A DNA stretch of 62,967 bases, counting the filler, from Octopus bimaculoides (taxonomy: Eukaryota): NCBI RefSeq assembly GCF_001194135.2. It is 3 parts of 3 records of this genome, joined end to end, with 100 filler letters (N's around TTAATTAATTAA, not from the genome) between each part and the next. Parts side by side here need not be neighbours in the genome. Positions count along the whole stretch, not along the records: positions 1 to 30,015 come from NC_069001.1; positions 30,116 to 57,965 come from NC_068990.1; 1 more part is not named here. One strand, given 5' to 3'. Position numbers and translations under genes: made by a program. Under the pieces are notes generated by a model that worked only from the letters and a program-made list of their open reading frames with translations, made no database searches and was not told the origin of the DNA. Below are positions 29,468 through 41,912 of this stretch, piece by piece; within the stretch, counting starts at the first letter, position 1, and every line of letters starts with the position of its first letter.

Positions 29468-29872
29468 CAAACAAACACAGACGTGCATACATACGTACAC
29501 ACGCACATATGTATATATACTGAATCAATATTATTTATATAAAATATGACAGAAATTATATATATATGTATATATGTAAATATATACACACACACACACA
29601 CACACACAACTTTTTGGGGTGATTGTGCGGATATACATAAATAAATACATACATACATATAGACACACACACACCTACATACATACAAATATATATATAT
29701 AAATATATGTATATATATATACATACACATACATATATACATGCATGCATATATATGCACGCACAACCACATTCCTATTTACACACACATACACATACAC
29801 ACACATATATATACATACGAAGATATATTTCTATTTTATATGTATTTATATAAGATGCACAGAAGCGTACAC

Positions 29873-29916
<44 letters not shown>

Positions 29917-29919
29917 ACG

Positions 29920-29950
<31 letters not shown>

Positions 29951-30144
29951 ACACGCACAAACTCACATACGTACAAATGTAAGGTTGTGTTCACAGAGGT
30001 AGACTTCGAAAGATCNNNNNNNNNNNNNNNNNNNNNNNNNNNNNNNNNNNNNNNNNNNNTTAATTAATTAANNNNNNNNNNNNNNNNNNNNNNNNNNNNN
30101 NNNNNNNNNNNNNNNCTGTATACGATATATATATATATTGTATA

Positions 30145-30183
<39 letters not shown>

Positions 30184-30196
30184 ATATGATACTAGT

Positions 30197-30530
30197 GAAG
30201 GCGCATGGCTCAGTGGTTAGAGCGTTGAGCTTACAATCATGAGGTTGTGAGTTCGAATCCCGGACTGAGTCGTGTGTTGTGTTCTTCAGCAAAACACTTT
30301 ATTTCACGTTGCTCCAATTCACTCAGCTATAGAAATGAGTTGTGACATCACAGGTGCCAAGCTGTATTGGCCTTTGCCTTTCCCTTAGATAACACTGGTG
30401 GTGTGGAGAGGGGAGGCTGGTATTCATGGGCGACTGCTGGTCTTCCATAAACAACCTTGTCCGGACTTGTGCCTGAGAGGGTAACTTTCTAGGTGCAATC
30501 CCATGGTCAGTGATGACCGAAGGGGGTCTC
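30197..30530 (+). mobile_element. tRNA-derived SINE family C
   Basis: GGCGCATGGCTCAGTGGTTAGAGCG (A box), GAGTTCGAATCCC (B box), core TTCAGCAAAACACTTTATTTCAC, then a long non-tRNA body. Confidence 0.85.
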
Positions 30531-31422
30531 AGCATATGATACTGGTATACAGTATTCAATGCAAATATATACCATTCATGACCAACACAGCTTACATTTC
30601 AACACTGAACATTTTATTAATCATATATATTAGCAACAGAGGCTATACTAATACCAAGAGGTAATATTTACCCCCACTTAAATATGAATGTTTTGTAAGA
30701 ACAAACTGTGTACAATACAGTTTGTTCTAACTGAACATTCAGGTTTAAGTCAGAATAACTATTACTTCTCAGTATTAATATTGCATCTGTCACTAATATA
30801 TTCTTTTTAACATGCTCACATACTAATTGTGACACCAGTGCCTATTCTGGTGTTGTTATTCTATATATCACTGATGGAGAAATTAGTCACTGTTATCTCA
30901 AGTAGTCAAGTGTCCATCATTCCATCATTGACAAGACCAAAGAAGGGCAAAATCACAAGATTTGGTGGTCTTGACACTGGAGATGGTGGGGATTTATCCC
31001 ACTGCCCACCCATTAAAAATAAAAACAAGGATACATTTTCTGCCAAAAGCCAATATGAGAATTTCTCTCATGGTATCTACTACAGTATAGCTTGTTCCAA
31101 TGCAATATCTGCATTTAAGTGGGGATAAATATGATCTTTTTTATTAATCATATACCAATGAAAGGAAATAATAACAACTACAACAGCAACAACAGTAATA
31201 ATAATAGGAACAAGGATATTGATTTTGAAAGGAAGAAATCTGTTAATTATATTGGCATCAGTACTTAACTGGAACTTGAATTTATCAACCTTGGAAGGAT
31301 AAAAGGCAAAGTTGTACTGGGCAAGACATGACCTAAGAAAACAAAGAGAAAAGGTGGGAAAAAAATGCCACAAAGCACTTTATCTGTGGAACAACCATTT
31401 CTGTCCATTTTACTGCAATAAC

Positions 31423-31469
<47 letters not shown>

Positions 31470-31477
31470 TGATGATG

Positions 31478-31522
<45 letters not shown>

Positions 31523-31524
31523 GT

Positions 31525-31580
<56 letters not shown>

Positions 31581-31582
<2 letters not shown>

Positions 31583-31929
31583 TCTCTGATCACGAGCAGA
31601 AGTAGTGGGGGAGCATCATAGTCATGTGTTGAGAGGAACTCTTTGGGATTTGGATAATTCACCTTTGGAAATATGGGTATTTCATTCAACATCCTCAAAC
31701 AACCTTTANNNNNNNNNNTGGGCTACTTGACCTGAAGAAAATTCTAACTGGGTCCCACTTGCAAGGTCATGCGCTGTTTATCTTGATATGAGACCACTAT
31801 GGTGTGCACATATGGTTGTGATGCATGTACCTGGTGTACCCTTATCAGACGGGTAGTCATGATGGGTATACTGGGCTTCGTATATTTTACCCCAGTGTCA
31901 CTTTGATGGCATGCACTGCTCTCTTACTC
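31581..31929 (+). mobile_element. Element E copy 1 ((AAT)n-flanked retroposon)
   Basis: Shares the 3' end GTCACTTTGATGGCATGCACTGCTCTCT..CTC-(AAT)n with the copies at 37901 and 43176. Confidence 0.85.
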
Positions 31930-31984
<55 letters not shown>

Positions 31985-31985
<1 letters not shown>

Positions 31986-32198
31986 TTTCAAGTTTTGGCA
32001 GAAGGCCAGAAACTTTGAGGGATGGGTTAAGTCAATTATATCGACCCCAGTGATCAACTGGTGCTTAATTTATTGACCTAGAAAGGATGAATGACAAAGT
32101 TGGTCTCAGCAGAATTTGATCTCGGAACATAAAGACAAGTGAAATGCCGCTAAGCATTTTGCTTGGAGTGCAAATAATTCTGCCAGACCACTGCCTTA
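31985..32198 (-). mobile_element. SINE family A, CpG-decayed
   Basis: The core reads AAAGTTGGTCTCAGCAGAATTTG, against the consensus AAAGTCGACCTCGGCGGAATTTG. Confidence 0.75.
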
Positions 32199-32861
32199 AT
32201 GATAACAACTACAACAATAAAAATAGTAACAACAACAACAATGATAATAGTAATAATGAATTTTATTGGCTGCATGGGTCAAGGACAAAATACAAAAGAT
32301 AAAAAAAAACAAGGAACTAGGGGATGAAAAACAAAGACAAAAAAGACACAATAATAAATAGATAACAATAAATAACAATAACAATGTAGGATAACAATAT
32401 AAAAACAAGAGAGGACCTCTAAAATGGGACTGGGCGATAATCCCACAAGAGGACTTGAGACACCTCACACAAAATTCCGGATTATCCTGATATAGAAAAA
32501 AAAAAATAACATGTGTCATTCATTTGGTTACCCACATCCCTGGTTCTCGGCACCAACCTACAATCACATAATTACAAGGGTGATCCCTAGTTTTGGCAGA
32601 AGGACACATATATATATTTTTAAGGTAGGTAGGTAGTCATGATGCCATTGATTGAATAATCTTCTTTGGTTCACATTGATATATATTTTTTTTTTATTGA
32701 TTCTGGGGGAAAAAAAAATTGAACAAATATCAACTTTGGTGAAGGTTGAACACAGATTGTAAAGATGCAATGGTACTTAACTATATATATTGCAAGGCCT
32801 TTATATCCAGCCCTCACATATCTCTGTCACTCCAGCATGCTTTAATATAATAATAATGATG

Positions 32862-32910
<49 letters not shown>

Positions 32911-32924
32911 TGAGAATAATAATA

Positions 32925-33188
32925 ATTCTTTTCTACTGGAAGCACAAGGCCTCAAATTTGGGGGAAGTGATTAAGTCGATTCCATCGACCCCAGTGTGTA
33001 ACTGGTACTTATTTAATTGACTCCGAAAGGATGAAAGGTTAAGTCGACCTTGGTGGAATTTTAATTCAGAACATAGCAGCAGACAAAATACCACTAAGCA
33101 TTTCGCCTGGCGTGCTAACGATTCTGCCAGCTCGCCACCATGCTAATGATTCTGCCAACTCAGCACCTTTGCTTTTGTAATAATAATG

Positions 33189-33226
<38 letters not shown>

Positions 33227-33440
33227 CCTTTCTACTATAGACACAAGGTCTGAAATTTTGTGGGAGGGGATTAGTCGATTACATCGACACCAGTATTTCA
33301 CTGGTACAAATTTATCAACCCCGAAGGGATGAAAGGCAAAGTTGACCTCAGCAGAATTTGAACGTAAAAACCAACAAAATGCTGCTAAGCATTTTGCCCA
33401 GCGTGCTAACAATTCTGCTAGCTAACCGCCGTTGCCTTAG
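32925..33440 (-). mobile_element. Two SINE A copies separated by (AAT)n
   Basis: Copies at 32925-33170 and 33226-33440, with tails CCTTGTG.CT...TAGAAA-(ATT)n. Confidence 0.8.
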
Positions 33441-33631
33441 TAATAATAATAATAATAATAATAATAAATATCTTCCACCATACTTAAGATCTAGGTATCA
33501 AATCTTATAATTCATGGAAAGAGACCCTGAGAGAACCTGTGAGACCTTTGACAACCAGTTGCTGTCCACTCTCACAGTATTAACTAGAGCAAGTAAGAAT
33601 GAGAGCTCTGGGAAGTAAATCTAATAAAATG

Positions 33632-33688
<57 letters not shown>

Positions 33689-34103
33689 TTTTAAAACAAA
33701 CACAATCCAAATATATGGTACCCTAGGCATAATACCTACATGAACTTCTAACTTGTTGTCTCTTATAAAAATAATGTTGGTGATGATGATGAATTTCTTA
33801 CATTGGCACAAGACCAGGAATCTGGAGTAAGAGGGAACAGACAATTAAATTGACCCGGTGCTTGACTGATACTTTATTTTATCGATCACAGAGGGATGAA
33901 AAGGTAATGTAGATGTCAGTGAGATCTGAACTCCAAACATGAAGAGCCAGAACAAATAACATAATGCACTTTGTCCAAGACTGATGATTCTGTCAATAAT
34001 AAGAACAGAAAGAACAAAAACCAATAACAGGAACAATAATATTGGTAATAATGATAATGAGGGTTTACTAAAGATATATATAAGTGTGTGAGTGTATATA
34101 TAT

Positions 34104-34137
<34 letters not shown>

Positions 34138-34553
34138 NNNNNNNNNNNNNNNNNNNNNNNNNNNNNNNNNNNNNNNNNNNNNNNNNNNNNNNNNNNNNNN
34201 NNNNNNNNNNNNNNNNNNNNNNNNNNNNNNNNNNNNNNNNNNNNNNNNNNNNNNNNNNNNNNNNNNNNNNNNNNNNNNNNNNNNNNNNNNNNNNNNNNNN
34301 NNNNNNNNNNNNNNNNNNNNNNNNNNNNNNNNNNNNNNNNNNNNNNNNNNNNNNNNNNNNNNNNNNNNNNNNNNNNNNNNNNNNNNNNNNNNNNNNNNNN
34401 NNNNNNNNNNNNNNNNNNNNNNNNNNNNNNNNNNNNNNNNNNNNNNNNNNNNNNNNNNNNNNNNNNNNNNNNNNNNNNNNNNNNNNNNNNNNNNNNNNNN
34501 NNNNNNNNNNNNNNNNNNNNNNNNNNNNNNNNNNNNNNNNNNNNNNNNNNNNN

Positions 34554-34605
<52 letters not shown>

Positions 34606-34877
34606 TATGCATATATATGTGTGTATATATATACATACATATATGTATGTGTGTTTAAATGAATAGAGATAGATACACTTTTGCGTGAATGTCACTTTAT
34701 GTATGTGTATGTCTTCTGTAGTTTGAAGTTTGTACACATGTGCTTTTGTCTGTGGAGTATCTTTTGCATGTTCAGGGACTATACACATGTGTGTGTGCGC
34801 TTATGAGTGTATCTTCTGTTCATGAACAGATGATATACATTTTTGTGTGCGTATATGCGTGTGTCTTTTTCTGTACA

Positions 34878-35618
34878 TTAAAGGATTGAACAAAGTTTTG
34901 ATATATGAGATCTCATTTTCTTCTTATTGTCCTGTTGTTTAAATAATCTAGAAGAAAATTCTGCTATAGCATAAATATCTTTATCTTGGTTCTTCTTCTG
35001 TATTCGATGCAATACAATGCGGTAAGCACCAATTATAGAGTTCCTCGTATTCTTACGGATGGCCTCCTTCAGATGTTCTTGTGTAATTCCTAGCTGGCAA
35101 AGGATCCTAATGGTCTCTTGTTCATCTGCTTTTAATTCTGTGAGATTAACAGTGGGACAAAGTCTGTATGGCGGCAAAGCCTTTGGATAGTTTTCCCCTG
35201 CTAACCACTCACTGTTCTTAATTTCTTCTATAGTAAATCTGTCCTGAGGTAGAGACCTCAATATTCCTCGAATTAAAAAATGGCAGCTATCAGACACAAA
35301 CATCGGAATTGCATACATACCATTAAGAATACATTTTTTCATTCTCGTGACATTCTCTGCTCGAAATGGCATGGAACCAGTGACCATGAAATAAAGCAGA
35401 ATACCCAGCGCCCATATATCAACAAATGTTCCATAATAGATATCGTCTCTGAAGAGCTCTGGTGCAGCATAAGGTGGGGAGCCACAGAAGGTGTTTAGTT
35501 CTTGCTGCTCTGATCGACAAATCGTACTGAAACCAAAGTCTCCTACTTTAACAAAGAATGGGGCTGCATAGAAAACATTCTCGGCTTTCAAGTCCCGGTG
35601 GATGATATAGTGGCTGTG
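34878..35618 (-). CDS. NIM1K: NIM1-type kinase, coding exon 3 ([11 protein letters not shown], activation loop, C-tail ending CSIL*)
   Basis: Acceptor is TCTCTATTCCAG| (AG at 35620-35619). The 741 nt, phase 0, encode [16 protein letters not shown]...KVGDFGFS...[16 protein letters not shown]...DIWALG...HISKLCSIL, with TAA at 34880-34878. Spliced total is 1702+269+741 = 2712 nt, or 903 aa. Confidence 0.96.
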   Translation of the reverse strand, partial: HSHYIIHRDLKAENVFYAAPFFVKVGDFGFSTICRSEQQELNTFCGSPPYAAPELFRDDIYYGTFVDIWALGILLYFMVTGSMPFRAENVTRMKKCILNGMYAIPMFVSDSCHFLIRGILRSLPQDRFTIEEIKNSEWLAGENYPKALPPYRLCPTVNLTELKADEQETIRILCQLGITQEHLKEAIRKNTRNSIIGAYRIVLHRIQKKNQDKDIYAIAEFSSRLFKQQDNKKKMRSHISKLCSIL

Positions 35619-35879
35619 CTGGAATAGAGAGAACATAGATGAGATTAGTGAAGGTAAAATAGAATCAGATGTGTAGGTAAATACATGTGAGGATTTGAAG
35701 GAGTATAAAACAGCAAGAATTAAGAGAGCATGGGATAACTAATAAGTAATCAATGGATCAGGGGATCACATTCAGCCAATGATATTTATTTCTCAGTTAA
35801 TCCTAACATTTAATTCTCAACAACTGGGATGTCTCTCACCACCAAACTTCTCAACATAGTCATCTTGATACATGAAGGT

Positions 35880-36447
35880 CATTGAGATGAAGTCAAAACT
35901 ATGATCCCTTAAAGCACTTGCCACAGTCTGTTTTTACCATCTTCTTTAATACGATTGTCATAAGGGCCACAGAAGGTCTCAATAAGAAGGATGTTCTTTA
36001 CATCAATTACTGCAGAGATGGCACTTTAAAGCAACTATAGTCCTATATCAAGATACTTGATTAACACATCAGGGAGCAGCTCTTCACTAACAATGCTGCC
36101 CCTGTTGCCCAAATAGATTCAGCCCTGCAGTTTATAACTTTTTGAGACAGCTGAATTCTTAATACCAAAAATCAATTTGACAAAGACAGATATCCTCACC
36201 CTACCACCTACATCTCAGAAAGATTACTACCTGCCTTGCATCGTCATCAATGAGACAGAGCTGAATACAGTTCACCAGTTCAGTTACCTAGGATACATCA
36301 TCTTGTCAGATGCTAAGATCTATAAAGATGTTGACAATATACAAGCACAGGCAAACAGTGCATTTGTCAGATTGTATAAAAGAGCCCAGAACATCAAGTA
36401 TCCAATGAGAATCTCAAAAATCAGCATGTACACAATTTTTGAGAGGA
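35880..36447 (+). mobile_element. RTE-clade LINE reverse transcriptase remnant
   Basis: Degenerate translation: IREQLFTNNAAPVAQIDSALQ (cf. LLFADDAALVAH) and TELNTVHQFSYLGYIILSDAKIYKDVDNIQAQANSAFVRLYKR (cf. F.YLGS.IS.D..ID.EV..R.AKA..AFGRL). Confidence 0.85.
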
Positions 36448-36652
36448 GTTAATGAATTATATTGAGACCAATACTTAACTGATACCTTATCTCATCATCC
36501 CAGGAGGGATATAAATAAAAATTGACCTCTGCAGAATTCTGACTTGGAATGTAAAGATATATGACAAAAACTGCAAAGCATTTTTCCAATGATCTAATTA
36601 TTCTGCCAGCTCATTGCATTGAATAATAATAACGGTAATAGTAGTAGTAGTA

Positions 36653-36700
<48 letters not shown>

Positions 36701-36717
36701 TGTTGTTGTTGTTGTTG

Positions 36718-36900
36718 TGAAAGACTAAAACTATAAAGTTTGTTTATTGATCAACATGAGTATTCCTTGTGATCATAATATCTCGGCAAAAGAATTTGAT
36801 AAGCTCAGAAAATGTAAAGACTTGCTTGTTGAAATTGAAAACATGTGGTTCCTCAGTACCAGTGAATGTAGAAGCATTAGGAATGATCAAAGAGCACCAT
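36718..36900 (+). mobile_element. Restriction-like endonuclease (RLE) fragment of an R4/Dong-like non-LTR element
   Basis: CLLINMSIPCDHNISAKEFDKLRKCKDLLVEIENMW, then a frameshift to VPVNVEALGMIK. It follows (AAT)n/(GTT)n. Confidence 0.75.
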
Positions 36901-37300
36901 CTGAGCGTGATTGTTGCCAGAGCACCAGCTGTCTGGCTTCCATGCCAGTGGCACGTAAAAAGCACCATTTGAGCATGATCGTTACCATGGGCACGTGAAA
37001 AGACATTCGAGCAAGTTCATTGCCAGTACCGCTGGACTGGCTCTTGTGCAGGTGGCACGTAAAATACACCATTTCGAGCATGGCCGTTGCCAGTACCTCC
37101 TGACTGGCCTTTGTGCTGGTGGCACATAAAAGCACCCACTACACTCTCAGAGTGGTTGGAGTTAGGAAGGGCACCCAGCTGTAGAAACTCTACCAAATCA
37201 GATTGGAGCCTGGTGTAGCCATCTGGTTCTCAGTCAAATCGTCCAACCCATGCTAGCATGGAAAGCAGACGTTAAACGATGATGATCATGATGATGATGA
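36900..37300 (+). mobile_element. Retroposon 3' region with internal GGCACGTAAAA-GCACC repeats and a (GAT)n tail
   Basis: Four GGCAC(G/A)T.AAA units, ending GCATGGAAAGCAGACGTTAAACGATGATGAT. Related segments occur at ~44845-44940 and ~57325-57390. Confidence 0.7.
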
Positions 37301-37580
37301 TCGTTGGCTTACCATCCATGCAAGAATTGCAAAAGATTGTTTTAATTTGTATGTCACACATATTGAGAAGAGCATTGTCGATGTGAGAACGATTATCACC
37401 CATGTATGTTTTTTTTTGGGGGTGGGGGCATAACTTAATTTTATTTGGGAAATGAACAATCTGACCTGTTTAGTTTAATGGCCTATCAATGTATACAATG
37501 AGTTTCTTTGTCCTAGGTGTCAAGAAGACACTCAGCAAGAAATGGAGACAAAATTGAAAGAAGAAATCATCATCATGATC

Positions 37581-37632
<52 letters not shown>

Positions 37633-37637
37633 TAATA

Positions 37638-37857
37638 ATCCTTTCTACTATAGGCACAAGGCCTGAAATTTTGGGGAGAAGAGGACTAGTCAATTATATC
37701 GATCCCAGTGTCTCACTGGTACTTAATTTATCGACCCCGAAAGGATTAGAGGCAAAAATCTACCTCGGTGGAATTTGAACTTAGAACGTAGCGATGGTTG
37801 AAACACAGTTAAGCATTTCAACCAGCATGCTAACGATTCTGCTAGCCTGCCACCTTC
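37638..37857 (-). mobile_element. SINE family A in an (AAT)n array
   Basis: Standard tail and head, with (AAT)n on both flanks. Confidence 0.8.
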
Positions 37858-37900
37858 ATTATAATAATAATACTGATAATAATAATAATTATAATAATAA

Positions 37901-38198
37901 TTGGGGTTTGGATAATTCTCCTCTGGAAACATGGGTGCTTAGTTCAACATCCTTAAACAACACTTATTCAGGGACCTTTGAGTGGGATGGGCTACTCGAC
38001 CTGAAGAAAATTCTAACTGGGCCCCACCTGCAAGGTCATGCATTGTTAATCTTGATATGAGATCACTATGTCACGCACATATGGTTGTGATGCATGTGCT
38101 TGGTGTACCCTTATCAGACGGGTAGTCATGATGGGTATACTGGGCTTCGTATATTTTACCCCAGTGTCACTTTGATGGCATGCACTGCTCTCTCACTC
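37901..38198 (+). mobile_element. Element E copy 2 (more 5'-truncated)
   Basis: Same 3' end and (AAT)n tail as copies 1 and 3. Confidence 0.85.
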
Positions 38199-39132
38199 AA
38201 TAATAATAATAATAATGATAATAATAATAATCAATTTCCAGTTTCGGCATAAGGCCAGCAAATTGGTGGGAGAAGTTTAGTCACTTATACTGACCCTTGT
38301 ACTAGTCTGATATTCTATTTCATTGGCCCTGGAGGAATGAAATGTAAAGCTTATTTTGGCAGGATTTTGACTCAGAGCGTAAAAAGCCAGAAGAAAATGT
38401 TGCAATACATTTTGTCTGACACTAACAATTTTACTAATGCGCCACCCTTATTAACAGCAACAACAAAAACAAAATCAATTGCAGCAGAATGAAAAAAAGA
38501 AAGAATATATATTGCAACATAGGACAGCCAACTAAACTAATATTTAGCTGAGAGTAGGTGGTCATTAGGTTGGAATTAAATAAAAACTAAGGCTGGTTTT
38601 ATTTTAACATACACACACATAGTTACACAAAACATATAGTGTGATTGTTGTTGTTGTTGTTGTTGTTGTTTTTCTTGTGTTCCTGTCGTTGTCATAGTAA
38701 TCTTCTTTGCAGATACTACTATTGTTGCTATGGTTGTGGTGTGCTTGTTGCCATGTTTATTGTTGTTGTTGTTCTGTGTTTTGTAATCGCTGTTCTTGTA
38801 CTTACTGTTATGGAGGCCATCATCACTGTTGTTGTTGTTGTTGTTGATTATAGTATTATTGTTATTGCTGTTTGTGTGTTGTTTGACTTAAAACAAATCT
38901 CAACACAGAAGTAGATCACTTTCCAATAATTTCTAATAGAAAAATTCACTTATCTGTTTCAGATACTATCACAATGGTGGAGGCACAGTGGCTAGTAAGT
39001 CACATATATGGCACTCAATGCTACTATGTGTGGCTCTCAAGATAATATTGGATTTCAGCACTACATTTCCTAAAACCCTAAGCCCTAAAGATGCAGGAAG
39101 AAAAGTAACTTAGAAATATATATAGAAATATA

Positions 39133-39435
39133 TACAGGGTGTCCCAAAAGTTACTGATGGGTTTCAATTTTTAATAATTTCCTTAACTTCACAAATAAAT
39201 GCACAAAATGTTGATACAATATAAAGGACATAATAGAAATTAATATGCACAAGTCAAATTTTGCAACACCACTACATCACATAGGAAAAAGGACATCGCT
39301 TAAATGGCAGCCATTTTTAGCTTTGCACACCCGTGCTCTTTCCAAAACTTGCCCCATAACATCCTCAAGAATTTCATACAGCACTTCTCTGATTTCTCTA
39401 TTGATATTCTCCTTCAGTTGCACCAGTCTCACAGG
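39133..39435 (-). mobile_element. Tc1/mariner right end with transposase C-terminus
   Basis: TA+CAGGGTGTCCCAAAAGTT TIR at 39133. The minus strand encodes LVQLKENINREIREVLYEILEDVMGQVLERARVCKAKNGCHLSDVLF. Confidence 0.75.
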
Positions 39436-40149
39436 CCCTAAAAATGGTATTTGACCTTTATCTGACCTCACCCTCTCCTAAAAATATTTTTTAGAGCAAA
39501 ACTAAATCTGTATTCTTAAGTATTGTTTGTTAAGCTATGTTAGATAATATTTCTTTAACATTAATTATTGTCAGATGTACAGCATCAGAGGATTTATTAG
39601 GATGTTGATTGATATGTAAATGGATTGACAACAATATATTTTTTTATATTTTAGTGAGGTGAAAAGGCAATGGTCATGACCTTTTACATGGCTCCCAAGA
39701 CTGGTAGGGAGAAGGAAAGACAGAAAAAAGTATTTTCAAATCGAAAGTCTGGCCTGAATGGTTGCAACAGAATTGAGTTCTCAGCTAAAGACTACTAACA
39801 TGTCCAGTGGTGGAATTAAACCAGAGATGACTAATTAACTCTACCACCCAAGTAGGAGCTCAGAGCAGTATTTGAGCACAGACAATTGAGAACTAGAACA
39901 AATACTGCAAGATAACTGGTCTCACAGTTCTGCCAACTTGCATTCCTGGATCGTTACTGTTTTATCAACTATGAAGGTTAACCTCAGAAAGATTTGAACT
40001 CAGAGAATAAAGAACCAAACCAAATAACCAAATCCCATGAGGAATTCCATACCACATCCTGATGATTTTGGCTCTCTGTGACTTTAACTGTAATAAACAT
40101 GACTGAGACCCAATTAATCTGAATGTTAAATCCTTCTGTTATTGGAAGA

Positions 40150-40537
40150 ACACAGGCCATGTGATTAAGATTCTCCCTTTGCAGCCATGTGATTTGGGGT
40201 TCAGTCCCACTATGCATCACCTTGAGCAAGTGTCTTCTGTTATGGCCTCAGGATGACCAATACTTTGTGAATGAATTTGGTTGGCAGAAACTGCATAGAA
40301 GCCTGTCATATTTATGTCTGTGTGTGTGTATGATTTGTACTAGTGTTTGTCCCTCTACTGCTTGACAACTGGTGTTGGTTTGTTTACATCCTTGCAACTT
40401 AGTGGTTTGGTAATAAAGACCAATAGAATAAGTACCAGACTTTAAAACATATGTACTAGGGTCAGTTTGTTTGACTAAGTCTTTCAAGGCAGTACTCCAG
40501 CATGGCCACAGTCAACTGAGTAAAACAAGTAAAAGAT
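40150..40537 (+). mobile_element. SINE family B, old CpG-decayed copy
   Basis: GGGGTTCAGTCCCACTATGCATCACCTTGAGCAAGTGTCTT ... GCATGGCCACAGTCAACTGAGTAAAACAAGTAAAAG. Confidence 0.8.
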
Positions 40538-40596
40538 GAAAACATATTTATAGTCTAGAAGTTAGATGAAGTAATTAAATATTATAGAAATACATA

Positions 40597-40984
40597 CTCT
40601 TTTACTCTTTTACTTGTTTCAGTCATTTGACTGCAGCCATGCTGGAGCACCGCCTTTAGTCGAGCAAACCGACCTCAGGACTTATTCTTTGTAAGCCTAG
40701 TACTTATTCTATCGGTCTCTTTTGCCAAACCGGTAAGTTACGGGGACGTAAACACACCAGCATCGGTTGTCAAGCGATGTTGGGGGGACAAACACACATA
40801 TATATATATACATATATACGATGGGCTTCTTTCAGTTTCCCTCTACCAAATCCACTCACAAGGCTTTGGTCGGACCGAGGCTATAGTAGAAAACATTTGC
40901 CCAAGGTGCCACGCAGTGGGACTGAACCCGGAACCATGTGGTTGGTAAGCAAGCTACTTACCACACTGCCACTCCTGTGCCTAT
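40597..40984 (-). mobile_element. SINE family B, full length, young
   Basis: Complete from head (AGGCACAGGAGTGGCAGTGTGG) to the (AAGAGTA) tail. Many CpGs are retained. Confidence 0.9.
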
Positions 40985-41606
40985 ATAAAACAATTAGCCT
41001 ACTTACCTAGCCAGAGATGTGGCATTATTCAAAAACTTAAACAATGTGAAGCGCATTGTAACTAGTGATGTATAACAACATCTGATAGTCTGATCAGTAC
41101 CATGATACTATGATACAGAACAAATACAAATGAAGACATGCATGTAAATCTTAAACACTGATACCTAGGTATAAATACAAAACCAAACCTATATATTCAC
41201 ATGCATAGATAGGACGGTGTTCATTCTGTTTGGGTCTGGTTTTCAGTCTGACAATAACTTAATCCCATCCTCCCTACCATCTCAGAGACCCTAAAACAGT
41301 ATTTGACCTCTGTCTAACCTCCCCTTCGCCTAAAAAATACTCTTTAGAACAAAACTAAATCTATATTCTTAAGTATTGCTTGTTAAACTATGTGGTATGG
41401 TACATAATTTTTCTTATACATTAATTGCTGTCAGATGGCAATCATTTTCCAGTTGAATAGAATGGATCAACATAAAGTGAAATGCTATGATCAAAAATAC
41501 AACATGCACCCCAGTCTGGGTATTGAACCCACAGCAGTATGATCATGAGCTGAACATCTCAACCACATGCATACCATGTATACAAACACACAAAACTGAA
41601 CCTTAC

Positions 41607-41875
41607 CATGTGTTCAACAGCAGAAAGTATCTGAGCAAAGATGAATTTTGCTTCAGGTTCCGTTAGTCGCCCTTCATTCGATAGTTTGGTAAAAAGCTCT
41701 CCACCTGGTGCATATTCCATGATCAAATGTACCTTGGCTAGTGTTTCTACAACTTCATATAATCGTATGATATTAGGGTGCCGTAGGTGTTCCATAATTT
41801 CAATCTCTCTTGACAACAGGCGCTGAGTTTTCAAATCAAGACGGGTTTTATCCAAAATTTTTATTGCAACTTTTT
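41607..41875 (-). CDS. NIM1K: NIM1-type kinase, coding exon 2 (VAIK lysine, alphaC, hinge)
   Basis: Acceptor is TTTATAG| (AG at 41877-41876). The first two bases complete GAA with exon 1. The 269 nt encode EKVAIKILDKTRLDLKTQRLLSREIEIMEHLRHPNIIRLYEVVETLAKVHLIMEYAPGGELF...SAVEHM. Donor is ATG|GTAAGG (phase 0). Confidence 0.95.
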
Positions 41876-41912
41876 CTATAAAGATGAACAAATAATAATA
41901 ATAATAATAATA

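Noticed and set aside
30016-30115. TTAATTAATTAA island inside an N gap (30060-30071), repeated at 58010-58021
   Set aside because: Both are exactly 44 N + 12 nt + 44 N = 100 bp, and the 12-mer has stops in all six frames. It is an assembly gap spacer, not biology.
30197-30272. tRNA-like sequence
   Set aside because: It has A and B boxes, but I could not form a complete acceptor stem, and it continues into a SINE body. It is a SINE head.
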